Shown piece after piece: positions 42,041 through 54,440 of a stretch of DNA of 64,000 nucleotides. The stretch spans positions 80,662,001 through 80,726,000 of the forward strand of contig OX597821.1 of NCBI GenBank assembly GCA_951406725.2, read 5' to 3'. The position numbers and the translations under genes were made by a program. Within the stretch, counting starts at the first letter, position 1. Each line of letters starts with the position of its first letter. Source of the stretch: Octopus vulgaris (lineage: Eukaryota). A model generated the notes under the pieces. It was not told the origin of the DNA, did no database searches, and worked only from the letters and a program-made list of their open reading frames with translations.

Positions 42041-43069
42041 AGGAAGTGCGAGTGTGTATTTCACTATTCAACACATGGATAGGAACGTCAACGAGTGTGT
42101 GTATGTGTCCGTGTGTGTGTGTGTGCGTGTGCGCGCGCCCGCATTCACTTATATATACTCTTATACACTTTCACTGGTTTTAAAAACACCCTCCACCAGC
42201 GGAAATACAAATGTACAACTGAGTAAAATTGGTCCCTGTTACTCGTAGCATTTTTCATAAACAGTAGAAGCTGCCTTCCCTTTCTAGAATAAACAAAATA
42301 AACAAAATAAACATCTCCAATGAACAGTCAATAACAGCCGTGTCGTTCTTCAATTCATTCTACTGAGATGGGCCTCTGGTTTTACCAAAACTGTGACTCT
42401 TACTAAACGTAAATTTATCTAGAATTAGTCTCAATATTTTAGTTAATAAGCTCCAGCGATGAATGTACTGATATGCAAATGAAAAAAAAAGAACCTGGGA
42501 TTTTTTCTTTTTTTTTGTTTTCTTTTTGGTTTGTTTTGCTTTTGGTTGGTTTTTTTGTTGTGTTTTTGTTGTTTTCAAACTGTTTAGAATAAGCAAAACA
42601 ATGAAGTACCAGGAAAGAGGAGGTAAAACTAGCCAAGCTCGTCCTCGAGCAGAGAGGAGGGAGAAGGGGGAGAGAGCGGGAGAGAGTGAGGGAGGGAAGG
42701 AAAGAGAGAGAGATAAGTAATTCAACCACAAAATAAATTTCATTACGAGAACGTCGGCTCTTTTTTTTGCTCGTTGGTCATATCTTTGCTGCCACTGTTC
42801 ACCTACCCAGGTTCAGGAGGAGCAAGATTAATTGGCATCGATCTCGCTGGAATAGGAGTGCCAGCAAAGGCCATGGACCCGGCTTCTTCCTCCAAACGCA
42901 GCAAATAAAACAAAAAGACCAAATGCTTGTTTATTAAAGTGATCACGTGAACGACCAGGCTACCGAAAGTTGTTACGCCTTGATGGTCACAATTAGGGTT
43001 TTGCATCGGTTTAGCCTTCAAATGAGGCCACCCCGCTGGCTAGGCAAGCAGACCAACAATCAGTCCTCC

Positions 43070-43195
43070 CGGATCGAAAGGGGGAGTGGGGCAATGAAGT
43101 GTTTCGCTCAAGAAACACAACGCACCAACCAGTCAGGGAATCGAACTCACAATCGTTAGTGCAACAGCCTAGCCATTAGGCCACGCACCTTCACA
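43070..43195 (-). mobile_element. family C SINE head
   Basis: Reverse complement: GTGAAGGTGCGTGGCCTAATGGCTAGG...GTGAGTTCGATTCCC...GTGTTTCTTGAGCGAAACACTT. Confidence 0.7.
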
Positions 43196-43309
43196 ATGTG
43201 TTTTAAGGTACACAAGGAAAGTTATTTGAAATTTATACTTACAAACATGAATTCTGCGTATGTGAGCGCAGGTGCGTGCAGGTGCTTAATCTCTATATAT
43301 CGCTTTATC

Positions 43310-44084
43310 TCACCTGAATTATCCCATAGATCTAAATAAATATTCACCCTGACAAAAGGTTTAATCTAATATAGTATCACATTATAAACTCAACCTATAT
43401 CAAACATAGAAGTACATATCATTCTAATGGGAGGTTTCTCAAAAAAGCTTGAGTTGTGATCCTTTAAACTAAAGTCGGTCTTTGAGGTTCCGTTCGATCA
43501 TCTAATTTTAATTTAGTAATTAAGGTAGCAGTCTGAAGTTTTTCTTATCCCGTAGTCTATTAATATTCGTCATTTATAATTCTTATCAAATTCTTTCCGT
43601 ATAAATGTTATGCAAGTGTTTAGAGCCATTCAATCTTGCCAGCCAGCACATACGGTTTCTGATTTTCGAATCCTGCTTACAATTCTGAAAGTTTCCATTG
43701 AAAAAGGATTACACCGTTTATGGAATTTCATGATCTTGATCATATTAATATTTTTCCGAAAGGATCTGAATGCTGATCAAACCTAAACTTCTACATGACA
43801 TTTATACGAAAAGAACTGAGTAAGAATTATAAGAAGACGAACATTAATACAGTACGTCGTATCATCATAAAAGTTGGCACTTTAATTACTAAATTAAAAT
43901 TTGATGATTGAACGAAAGGATTAAGGCCTGGAATCCCACCTTTAGTTTAACGGATCACACCCTGACATTTTAAAGATATCTTCCGTTTGATTGATATTAG
44001 TAGAGCTAGTTAGATGATACTAGAGAGAATTATGCCTGTTGTTTGGGAATATATTGATTTAGATCTATGGGATAATTCGGATGA
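43310..44084. mobile_element. Old foldback/MITE-like element, ~775 bp, with long degenerate inverted arms
   Basis: GAATTATCCCATAGATCTAAAT / ATTTAGATCTATGGGATAATTC; TTTTAATTTAGTAATTAA / TTAATTACTAAATTAAAA; CGTATAAATGT / ACATTTATACG, in nested mirror order. Confidence 0.75.
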
Positions 44085-44109
44085 AGTAATTAAGTTCCTT
44101 CATGACACA

Positions 44110-44904
44110 AAATGAGGTGTCATTTAATACTTCGATAATAATTCATCATTGACGAATAAAGTATCAAGTCAGCATTGGAAAGTCTTGTAATATTTATTAT
44201 GCTACTGCTTTGGTGATAATCTCCAAGAGTAATTGCCTGTACACTTCGTTGAACTTTGGGGCAGTGTTATAATGTTCTTGAATGGTAAGCAGCTTGCAGA
44301 AGCAATCCTGGCTGCCAAATGTGACATATTCTATTAATATCTTTCAGATACATTTGAGAAACTGAAGTTGCTGATCAAACGGCCACGCGGTAAAAATACA
44401 AATTTTTAATTTGCAAAAAATGTTATTAGAGCTTTACAAAGACAATTGCATCTATTCAGGATAAATATAATGCGTAGGGAGTTGATACTTTTTCCAACCC
44501 TTGCCATTACTGAAGAAGTGAGATTGCAAGAGGATGAAACTGCACAGTGATGTAGAAATTAGGTTCAAGGATCTTCTGAAAATGAACATTCGAAATGGGT
44601 GGTAGATCCATTTGGGAAAATGCAGCTGATGTTGATATCAGACAAGAAAGCCTTATTGAATTGCAGAGTAATCAAACAGCCCGAGCTGAATTCAAGCAGG
44701 ACCTCGTGAAACTGCAATGAAATTCCCATTGATTTAGCAGGAAGTAAAATTATATTTCATTGCCTTTCCCACTTCTTACCTCGTTGAATCAAGTTTAAAC
44801 CGAGTGTCTTCTCTATCGCTAAAGAAAATTTAAGTACATAGACTAACGACCATAGACCTTGATACTGGAACACAAAACTGAATCAGCCACAAGAATCTCA
44901 CTGA
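44110..44904 (+). pseudogene. hAT (Buster/Charlie, ZBED8/SCAND3-like) transposase C-terminal remnant, heavily decayed
   Basis: Fragments read by eye: YLSDTFEKL, WVVDPF, FIAFPTSYLVES (dimerisation domain) and terminal QPQESH*. Confidence 0.7.
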
Positions 44905-45693
44905 ATAAATACAGTGAAAGGTAATTTGATATTTCCCTTTTTTTTATTTTGCTAAAAGATTTCCTTTTTGTGCTCAAAAAGTAGACTGTTTCTTTTCCTT
45001 TTTTTTTTGTTGGAAGTTATCAATTTTCTGGACGTCAACAGTATTTTGTAATGCTTGTTTGATCAGACAAACAATGCATGATTTTAAATGGTTATTTTAT
45101 TGAACCCACAAAATATTTTTGTTCTTGTAAAGTAGAACAATAGAGAATAAATGTGCAATGATATTTTTATGGAGTTTATTACATTAATGATGGAAAACAA
45201 GTCACCTTTGAAAGTAATTCTTTTGAAAATTTTTGTTCGAAATTTGTTTTCATAACCAATTATTGACATTTGTAAATATTCATTTCATGATATAATGACT
45301 AATTTTTTAAAATAATATTTAAAATTTCGCTAATATTGTTTGTGTGTGTGTGTGTGTGTGTATGTGTTGTGTGTTGTGTGTTATGTGTGTGTGTGCGTGT
45401 GTGTGTGTGCACTCGCGTAGGAAACCAGAGTCATTTTATTACGCACGCAGACCTCAAGCGTTCGTATCGTTCGTATTATTAGAAGATTTGAAAATTTCAC
45501 TATTTAGTTTGACTTCAGTATAACAACTATTACGACTTATACGACTTGAAGCCAGTACACACTAGGCAGTCCAGACTCTAACTAGGATCTGCAGTAGTTT
45601 GTTATATTTGACTCGAGTCGATTTGACTCGCTTCTTAGCGTAACAAACGATACACACACACACACATAAATATATATATATATGAATGTATGT

Positions 45694-45733
<40 letters not shown>

Positions 45734-45927
45734 TTTGATGATGACAATATTTAAAATAAGACCAACCGATAGTTTCATAGAGACACTGAGATTAGCCAAA
45801 TATATATGACGTGTCTTGTATCTCCAAGCACCCTTAAGGCACATGGTTAGTTTTATTTGAAAATCAGAGCCACTATCTCTCACTAGATGGAATACTGTTT
45901 TGCAGATCCGACCTTAACAGAACAGTA

Positions 45928-45992
<65 letters not shown>

Positions 45993-45995
<3 letters not shown>

Positions 45996-46225
45996 TTACT
46001 GCCTACAGGAGGGCTGGGGGTAAAAACATAGAGGGGCCAAATAAGAACAGACACAGGAATTAAGTCGAATGCATGGACCCCAGTACGTAATTGGTACTTA
46101 TTTAATCGACCCCGAAAGGATGAAAGACAAAGTCGACCTCGGTGTAATTTGAATTCAGAATGTAGCGACGGACGAAATACCGCTAAGCGTTTCGTCCAGC
46201 GTGCTAACGATTCTGCCAGCTCGCC

Positions 46226-46229
<4 letters not shown>
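45993..46229 (-). mobile_element. family A SINE within (TA)n
   Basis: Reverse complement starts GGCGGCGAGCTGGCAGAATCGTTAGCACG; central domain present. Confidence 0.85.
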
Positions 46230-46263
<34 letters not shown>

Positions 46264-46414
46264 AATTAAGGACTGAACACGAAAAGTGGACAGTCAACAT
46301 GCTAGATATAGACGTCAAATCGCCATTCACCACAAAAGATTATGTTCTCAGATCAAACTCAACACAAAACCATAGCAATAAACAAGTGAAAAATATACGA
46401 AATAAAATAATTAC

Positions 46415-46479
46415 CCATGTACTAACTTAGTTTCAGCTGTTATTTTCCGCAAGGAAAACTGCAGCCATCATCAGCATGG
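46415..46479 (-). ncRNA. Type-I hammerhead ribozyme (array copy 1)
   Basis: Reverse complement of the motif at 47728-47792. Confidence 0.85.
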
Positions 46480-46921
46480 TCCGTTATAAATGTAATTTGC
46501 TGGACTAGATGCAAACACGATACCGAAATATCGCGTGCATGGAGTTCAGCCTATTACATTTGAATATATCTTTCAAATGCCTTTACTTTGGCGCGTTGAA
46601 ACCCGAGAAAACTAGCCTGCAGCTAATAATTAGCAGCAGTTAATTTATCGGTTAGAGAACATATTTATTTATATAAAATTAATTAAGGGTAGAAATTGAT
46701 ATTTATCAATTAAGACCAGTGGTCTAGCATATTAAAAAAGAATCCGAAGATTAAAATATTTATATATACCAATTAAGGACTGAACGCGAAAAGTGGACAG
46801 TCAACATGCTAGATATAGACGTCAAATCGCCATTCACCACAAAAGATTATGTTCTCAGATCAAACTCAACACAAAACCATAGCAATAAACAAGTGAAAAA
46901 TATACGAAATAAAATAATTAC

Positions 46922-46986
46922 CCATGTACTAACTTAGTTTCAGCTGTTATTTTCCGCAAGGAAAACTGCAGCCATCATCAGCATGG
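46922..46986 (-). ncRNA. Type-I hammerhead ribozyme (array copy 2)
   Basis: Reverse complement of the motif at 47728-47792. Confidence 0.85.
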
Positions 46987-47727
46987 TCCGTTATAAATGT
47001 AATTTGCTGGACTAGATGCAAACACGATACCGAAATATCGCGTGCATGGAGTTCAGCCTATTACATTTGAATATATCTTTCAAATGCCTTTACTTTGGCG
47101 CGTTGAAACCCGAGAAAACTAGCCTGCAGCTAATATTTAGCAGCAGTTAATTTATCGGTTAGAGAACATATTTATTTATATAAAATTAATTAAGGGTAGA
47201 AATTGATATTTATCAATTAAGACCAGTGGTCTAGCATATTAAAAAAGAATCCGAAGATTAAAATATTTATATATACCAATTAAGGACTGAACACGAAAAG
47301 TGGACAGTCAACATGCTAGATATAGACGTCAAATCGCCATTCACCACAAAAGAGAACTTAATCTTTTGTGGTGAATGGCGATTTGACGTCTATATCTAGC
47401 ATGTTGACTGTCCACTTTTCGTGTTCAGTCCTTAATTGGTATATATAAATATTTTAATCTTCGGATTCTTTTTAATATGCTAGACCACTGGTCTTAATTG
47501 ATAAATATCAATTTCTACCCTTAATTAATTTTATATAAATAAATATGTTCTCTAACCGATAAATTAACTGCTGCTAATTATTAGCTGCAGGCTAGTTTTC
47601 TCGGGTTTCAACGCGCCAAAGTAAAGGCATTTGAAAGATATATTCAAATGTAATAGGCTGAACTCCATGCACGCGATATTTCGGTATCGTGTTTGCATCT
47701 AGTCCAGCAAATTACATTTATAACGGA

Positions 47728-47792
47728 CCATGCTGATGATGGCTGCAGTTTTCCTTGCGGAAAATAACAGCTGAAACTAAGTTAGTACATGG
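47728..47792 (+). ncRNA. Type-I hammerhead ribozyme (array copy 3)
   Basis: CCAUG-CUGAUGA-U-GGCUG cag UUUUCC(UUGC)GGAAAA uaa CAGCU-GAAA-CUAAGUUAG-UA-CAUGG: stem I CCAUG/CAUGG, intact CUGAUGA and GAAA core, GUA triplet, predicted cut after 47787. Confidence 0.88.
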
Positions 47793-48235
47793 GTAATTAT
47801 TTTATTTCGTATATTTTTCACTTGTTTATTGCTATGGTTTTGTGTTGAGTTTGATCTGAGAACATAATCTTTTGTGGTGAATGGCGATTTGACGTCTATA
47901 TCTAGCATGTTGACTGTCCACTTTTCGTGTTCAGTCCTTAATTGGTATATATAAATATTTTAATCTTCGGATTCTTTTTTTAATATGCTAGACCACTGGT
48001 CTTAATTGATAAATATCAATTTCTACCCTTAATTAATTTTATATAAATAAATATGTTCTCTAACCGATAAATTAACTGCTGCTAATTATTAGCTGCAGGC
48101 TAGTTTTCTCGGGTTTCAACGCGCCAAAGTAAAGGCATTTGAAAGATATATTCAAATGTAATAGGCTGAACTCCATGCACGCGATATTTCGGTATCGTGT
48201 TTGCATCTAGTCCAGCAAATTACATTTATAACGGA

Positions 48236-48300
48236 CCATGCTGATGATGGCTGCAGTTTTCCTTGCGGAAAATAACAGCTGAAACTAAGTTAGTACATGG
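48236..48300 (+). ncRNA. Type-I hammerhead ribozyme (array copy 4)
   Basis: Same motif as 47728-47792; predicted cut after 48295. Confidence 0.88.
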
Positions 48301-48742
48301 GTAATTATTTTATTTCGTGTATTTTTCACTTGTTTATTGCTATGGTTTTGTGTTGAGTTTGATCTGAGAACATAATCTTTTGTGGTGAATGGCGATTTGA
48401 CGTCTATATCTAGCATGTTGACTGTCCACTTTTCGTGTTCAGTCCTTAATTGGTATATATAAATATTTTAATCTTCGGATTCTTTTTTAATATGCTAGAC
48501 CACTGGTCTTAATTGATAAATATCAATTTCTACCCTTAATTAATTTTATATAAATAAATATGTTCTCTAACCGATAAATTAACTGCTGCTAATTATTAGC
48601 TGCAGGCTAGTTTTCTCGGGTTTCAACGCGCCAAAGTAAAGGCATTTGAAAGATATATTCAAATGTAATAGGCTGAACTCCATGCACGCGATATTTCGGT
48701 ATCGTGTTTGCATCTAGTCCAACAAATTACATTTATAACGGA

Positions 48743-48807
48743 CCATGCTGATGATGGCTGCAGTTTTCCTTGCGGAAAATAACAGCTGAAACTAAGTTAG
48801 TACATGG
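48743..48807 (+). ncRNA. Type-I hammerhead ribozyme (array copy 5)
   Basis: Same motif as 47728-47792; predicted cut after 48802. Confidence 0.88.
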
Positions 48808-49046
48808 GTAATTATTTTATTTCGTATATTTTTCACTTGTTTATTGCTATGGTTTTGTGTTGAGTTTGATCTGAGAACATAATCTTTTGTGGTGAATGGC
48901 GATTTGACGTCTATATCTAGCATGTTGACTGTCCACTTTTCGTGTTCAGTCCTTAATTGGTATATATAAATATTTTAATCTTCGGATTCTTTTTTAATAT
49001 GCTAGACCACTGGTCTTAATTGATAAATATCAATTTCTACCCTTAA

Positions 49047-49432
<386 letters not shown>

Positions 49433-49675
49433 ATTTTATTTCACGTTGCTCCAGTTCACTCAGCTGTAGAAATGAGTTGCGACGTCACAGGTGCCAAGCT
49501 GTATCGACCTTTGTCTTTCCCTTGGATAACACTAGTGGCGTGGAGAGGGGAGGCTGGTATGCATGGGCGACTGCTGGCCTTCCATAAAAACAACCTTGCC
49601 CAGACTTGTGTCTAGGAGGGTAACTTTCTAGGTGCAATCCCATGGTCATTCATGACCGAAGGGGGTCTTTACCCT
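49433..49675 (+). mobile_element. SINE body, family C-related, head missing
   Basis: TTTATTTCACGTTGCTCCAGTTCACTCAGCTGTAGAAATGAGT shared with family C copies; distinct 3' tail. Confidence 0.6.
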
Positions 49676-49770
49676 TTATATATATATTATATATACATAT
49701 ATATTATATATACATATTTATATATATATATACATATTTATATATATATATACATATTTATATATATATA

Positions 49771-49812
<42 letters not shown>

Positions 49813-49972
49813 TTATATATATATATACATATTTTATATATATATATACATATTTATATATATATATATACATATTTATATATATACATATATATATACA
49901 TATTTATATATATATATACATATATATATACATATTTATATATATATATACATATATATATACATATTTATA

Positions 49973-50038
<66 letters not shown>

Positions 50039-50172
50039 CATATTATATATATATATATACATATTTATATATATATATATATACACATATTATATATATA
50101 TATATATATGTATATACATATTTATATATATACATATATATATGTATATACATATTTATATATATACATATA

Positions 50173-50361
50173 CTTTATTTTAAGCAGCAGAAAATTCAAC
50201 AAAATCTGTTACTCTGAGTTTCTCGTTGCCGTTCATCAGACAGTTTTGCTAGAATGGAACATAATATATATGTTCCATTCTAGCAAAAACTGTCTGATGA
50301 ATTGGCAACGAGAAACTCAGAGTAACAGATTTTGTTGAATTTTCTGCTGCTTAAAATAAAG
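50173..50361. repeat. Near-perfect ~190-bp palindrome, each arm with a minimal type-I hammerhead (- 50206-50243, + 50290-50328)
   Basis: Arms mirror about ~50266; motif CUGU-CUGAUGA-ACG(GCAA)CGA-GAAA-CUCAGAG-UA-ACAG. Confidence 0.88.
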
Positions 50362-50549
50362 CATATTACTCTACCACTGGTATTTGAGTACTCTTTTTCC
50401 ACCTTGTTTCACATTTATGTGTTTACTCCGGTCTATATATACATATATATATGTATATACATATTTATATATATACATATATATATGTATATACATATTT
50501 ATATATATACATATATATATATATATACATATTTATATATATACATATT

Positions 50550-50581
<32 letters not shown>

Positions 50582-50641
50582 CATATTTATATATATACAT
50601 ATATATATTTATATATATACATATTTATATATATACATATT

Positions 50642-50706
<65 letters not shown>

Positions 50707-50708
50707 GT

Positions 50709-51090
50709 GATAATGCTAATAAACTAGCGTGAACAGGATAAATTATCCATATATTGTAGAAAAATACGTTACCGGCCAGCCATGAGCCTCGAACTCACAT
50801 CCCTGTGATTACACGTTAAGTGGTTTACCATGAAGTTAAACTGCCCAGTAACGAATTCTTCTGCAATTTCAGAACTTATAAATTTAGCTTCATAAGACAA
50901 ATTTTGTTTACTTTCATCATAAGTTGAATTTAACGTTATCGTCTTATGAAGATAAATTTATAAGTTCTAAAATTGCAGAAGACTTCATTACTGGGCAATT
51001 GGCGCGTAATCACAGGGTTGTGAGTTCGAGTCTCATGGCTGGCCGGTAACGTATAATTCATCCAGTTCACGCTATTTTATTAGCATTATC
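50709..51090. repeat. Inverted repeat whose arms carry a tRNA-like segment
   Basis: GATAATGCTAATAAA...ACGTTACCGGCCAGCCATGAG..TCGAACTCACA is mirrored by TGTGAGTTCGA..CTCATGGCTGGCCGGTAACGT...TTTATTAGCATTATC. Confidence 0.8.
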
Positions 51091-51178
51091 CCGCGTTTGA
51101 GAATTTAAAAAATTATTTCTGTATCTTTCAATACATCTCAACGCTTCTAGAACAAACTTTGTTTACTCTCATCGTAAG

Positions 51179-51215
<37 letters not shown>

Positions 51216-51772
51216 AGTAAATGTAAGGAAACCGATAGAATAAGTACCAGGCTTTAAAAAAAATAAGTCCTGGGGTCGATTTGTTCTACTAAAATCCTTC
51301 AAAGCGGGGCTCCAGCATGGCAGCAGTCAAATGACTAAAACAACTAAGATAACAATGTATCGTGTGTGTGTGTGTGAGATATAGGTATGTAAATATATAA
51401 TGTCTGTTATGTACGTGTGCACTTTGGTTAATTTTATACCTGAATAAAAGCAACTACGGAGATCACCTTTAGGTAATTGGAATTGCTAAAGAAATTTTTT
51501 AAATTAACCTTGTTAAAATCCATGCATGATTTTTGCGGGTGGATAAATAGCATTCAATGAAGTTACCTCCGTTCATCTAGTATTATTGGAATTAGAAAAC
51601 GAGAAGCTATGACCCTTCACGGGTGCTGATGAACCTTTGAGTTTTCACGAGTTACTTTTTATTTTCAATGAGAAAAACTGACGTCTGACTGATTCACTAA
51701 AAGTTTTCTTCTCGCTCCTCAGCTTTCGACTGACACAAAACTATTTTTGCAACGTAAACTCGTATATTACTG

Positions 51773-52030
51773 TGAAGGCGCGTAGCATAGTAGTTAAGGA
51801 TGTTCGGCTCGCGATCATAATGTTGTGTGTTCAATTCCTGGATTGAGCGGTGCCTTGCGCTCTTCAATAAGGCACTTCATTCTAGATTGCTCCAGTCTAC
51901 TCAGCTGCAAATGAGTACCAGCCGGTTGCTAGTGCATCTCTTTCGCCCTCCACGTGTCACATCTTGGATGTACCACTGGGTCAATGAGTGGGAGAGTCGT
52001 GAGGGTACATATGCCTGCTCGCTGCCACAT
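51773..52030 (+). mobile_element. family C SINE
   Basis: TGAAGGCGCGTAGCATAGTAGTTAAGG...GTGTTCAATTCC...TTGCTCCAGTCTACTCAGCTGCAAATGAGTA. Confidence 0.7.
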
Positions 52031-54195
52031 AGGTACCTAAAACAATTAGCGAAAGTGCGATGCATGTTACCAAGCCACACTCGTTTGCGGGTGGAGGTTG
52101 AAGCTTTTAAGTATCGTATTTGATAGCATAAAAGACGCACTGCTGTATTAGACGCATCCTAGTTCCAGCAGCGCATATTCAGGGAAATAGTTTTCAATGC
52201 ATTAAAGCTTATGCAAGGTCCAACTTTGCATATAGGACCGAGAGGGGGAGTGGGTTTTTGAGACATTTTATTTTTGTTTTACTTCTTTTTTTTTTTTTAG
52301 AAAAAATGCGTCTTAAATATTAAATACGGTATATTACTAACATTATTCTCTTGACTCTAGAGAAATGAAAAAAACGTTTCTTGTGGGATTTGAACACAGA
52401 CTTATAAGGGCAAAACTAAATATTGTAAGGCATTCTTCCTAGTCGGGTGTTACGCATAATCCAATGCGGCATAATTACTACCAATTCTACGGCTTCATGG
52501 AATGTCAATATTATTGTCAAGCAACGCTTTTTAAATGTAAATTCCTCCTTGAATGAAAAGTGTTTTCTTAATAAACAACCAAAATTGAATTTTCACTCTC
52601 ATTCTTATTTACATTTTAATCCTTGACTGTCAGCTTTAAATAATCGATAAACAACTCAAAATTACCAGTCAAATTGAACTTGCTCAATGGATAACCTTTT
52701 TCAAGATAACGATGCTGAATCACCCATGCAGCACATCTTTTCGTTGCATCGTACGGTCCCCTTAAGGTCTTTTAACATAATATGATGCTTTAAACGTTCT
52801 AACAAGCATGAAGTTTTAAGAATGCCCCCAAAATGTATTGACGTAAACTCCTTCGAAGAGGGAGAGCAAATTCAATTTTTTACATTATCTCTGTTTTCAG
52901 AAAACCTCTAATATCAACGAAGGTTAATGCTGCTACAAAACGGACAGCAAACATAAACAGCTGACAAGTTAACTATTTGTCAAACAGCTGAAAAAACACG
53001 TCTGACGGAAGCTGACAAAGGAGAGGGAACTTTCATTTTTTTTTTTCTTACTTTCTTTATTTATTTTTATGTTTGAAATTGAGAACGCGAAAATAACTAC
53101 AAAAAAAATTATGACAAAACAACGATTCCATACTTTTCACATGTGATAAGCAAAAAGCATGAGGGGAAAAATTGAATGAAAGAAGTTCATTTTTGTTGGC
53201 ATTTCGTTTAAAATCCATTTGTGTAAAATCCTCGTTGAAATATTTTGAGGTCAAACAACAGAAAATTTTGATAGAGTAAATAGCGATTGTTATGATAATT
53301 TACTATATTGACTGTTTCAACGATGCAGACGACAAAATTGTTTAGTATTCTTTCTTTTCATTTCATTTCTCTTTTTGTTTTGTAGGTGTCAGCAATTTTA
53401 CTTTTCATTAAATCTGGCGCCAATTATTGAACATGGAGTGACAGTAGCTAAATTCGAAACCTAATCGGTAAAACAACTCTTAGTTATGTTAAAAAGTGGC
53501 ACCTTGTACATATTTAATATATTTTGAAACAGCTGCAGACCACTTCAGATATTGCAGCATTTATTCTATAAACACCCGAACTCGAAAAGCATTTATTTTT
53601 CTTTTCTTTTGGTAATCCCACGGGTATCAAATATTCGTTTCCAGTTATGTAACAATTCGTAATTCCAACAGTAGAAAATATTGATTTCTTATAAACGCAA
53701 CTACTTCAGATTTACAAAGAAGCTGTGACTTTCATACTCATCTAGGTTTATTGTCAAAATAAAATAAGCTGTTTCCTGTCGGCAATGGCAACCATGTAGT
53801 AGAAATTTAGCCGCAGTATCAAGGTGCTGGACGGAAACCGAAAAAGAAGTTGTGACTTTCATGCTTTTCTGAGTGTACTGTCAACCAAAGTAAAATGTTC
53901 CGGGTTAAGAAAGGCAAATTAAACCACTAACAATGTTTGGACGTAAGTCGAAAATTTATGTTTGATTAGTTATTTTTTTTATAAACCCTGACTTATTTCA
54001 TCACAACTCATTTCCGATATTTGTGTGGTGCTAAGTATACATAGGCAAACATGGTAGGCTACGAGACATTTGGCACAGCCGTTTTGGCGCTGCCTATTTG
54101 GCGTCGCTGATTCAGCGCTGACTTATTTGACATCAGACATATTACTGTTTCTCTCTCTCGCACTTTTTCTATCACTCTCACACTTTCTCTCACTT

Positions 54196-54264
<69 letters not shown>

Positions 54265-54269
<5 letters not shown>

Positions 54270-54440
54270 GAATTTACAAAAAAACAAAAGACGAAGACGG
54301 CTGTGTAAACAACAAACAGGTGTGTTAGTTTAACGCTCGGGAAGTGAGAAAGTCTTTTACGTTTCGAGCCTACGCTCTTTGACAGAAAGGAGCACAGAAA
54401 TAAACAGGGAGAGAAAATTAAAAAGGTTTAGTGTCTAGAG
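54265..54440 (-). mobile_element. Family D Penelope-associated short repeat with degenerate minimal hammerhead at 54354-54389
   Basis: Reverse strand CUUU-CUGUCAA-A-GAGC(GUAG)GCUC-GAAA-CG-UA-AAAG; abuts (TA)n. Confidence 0.6.

Noticed and set aside
53340-53475. Strong-looking splice acceptor (...TTTTGTTTTGTAG|GTG)
   Set aside because: All three frames hit stops before the next plausible donor, and there is no other support.
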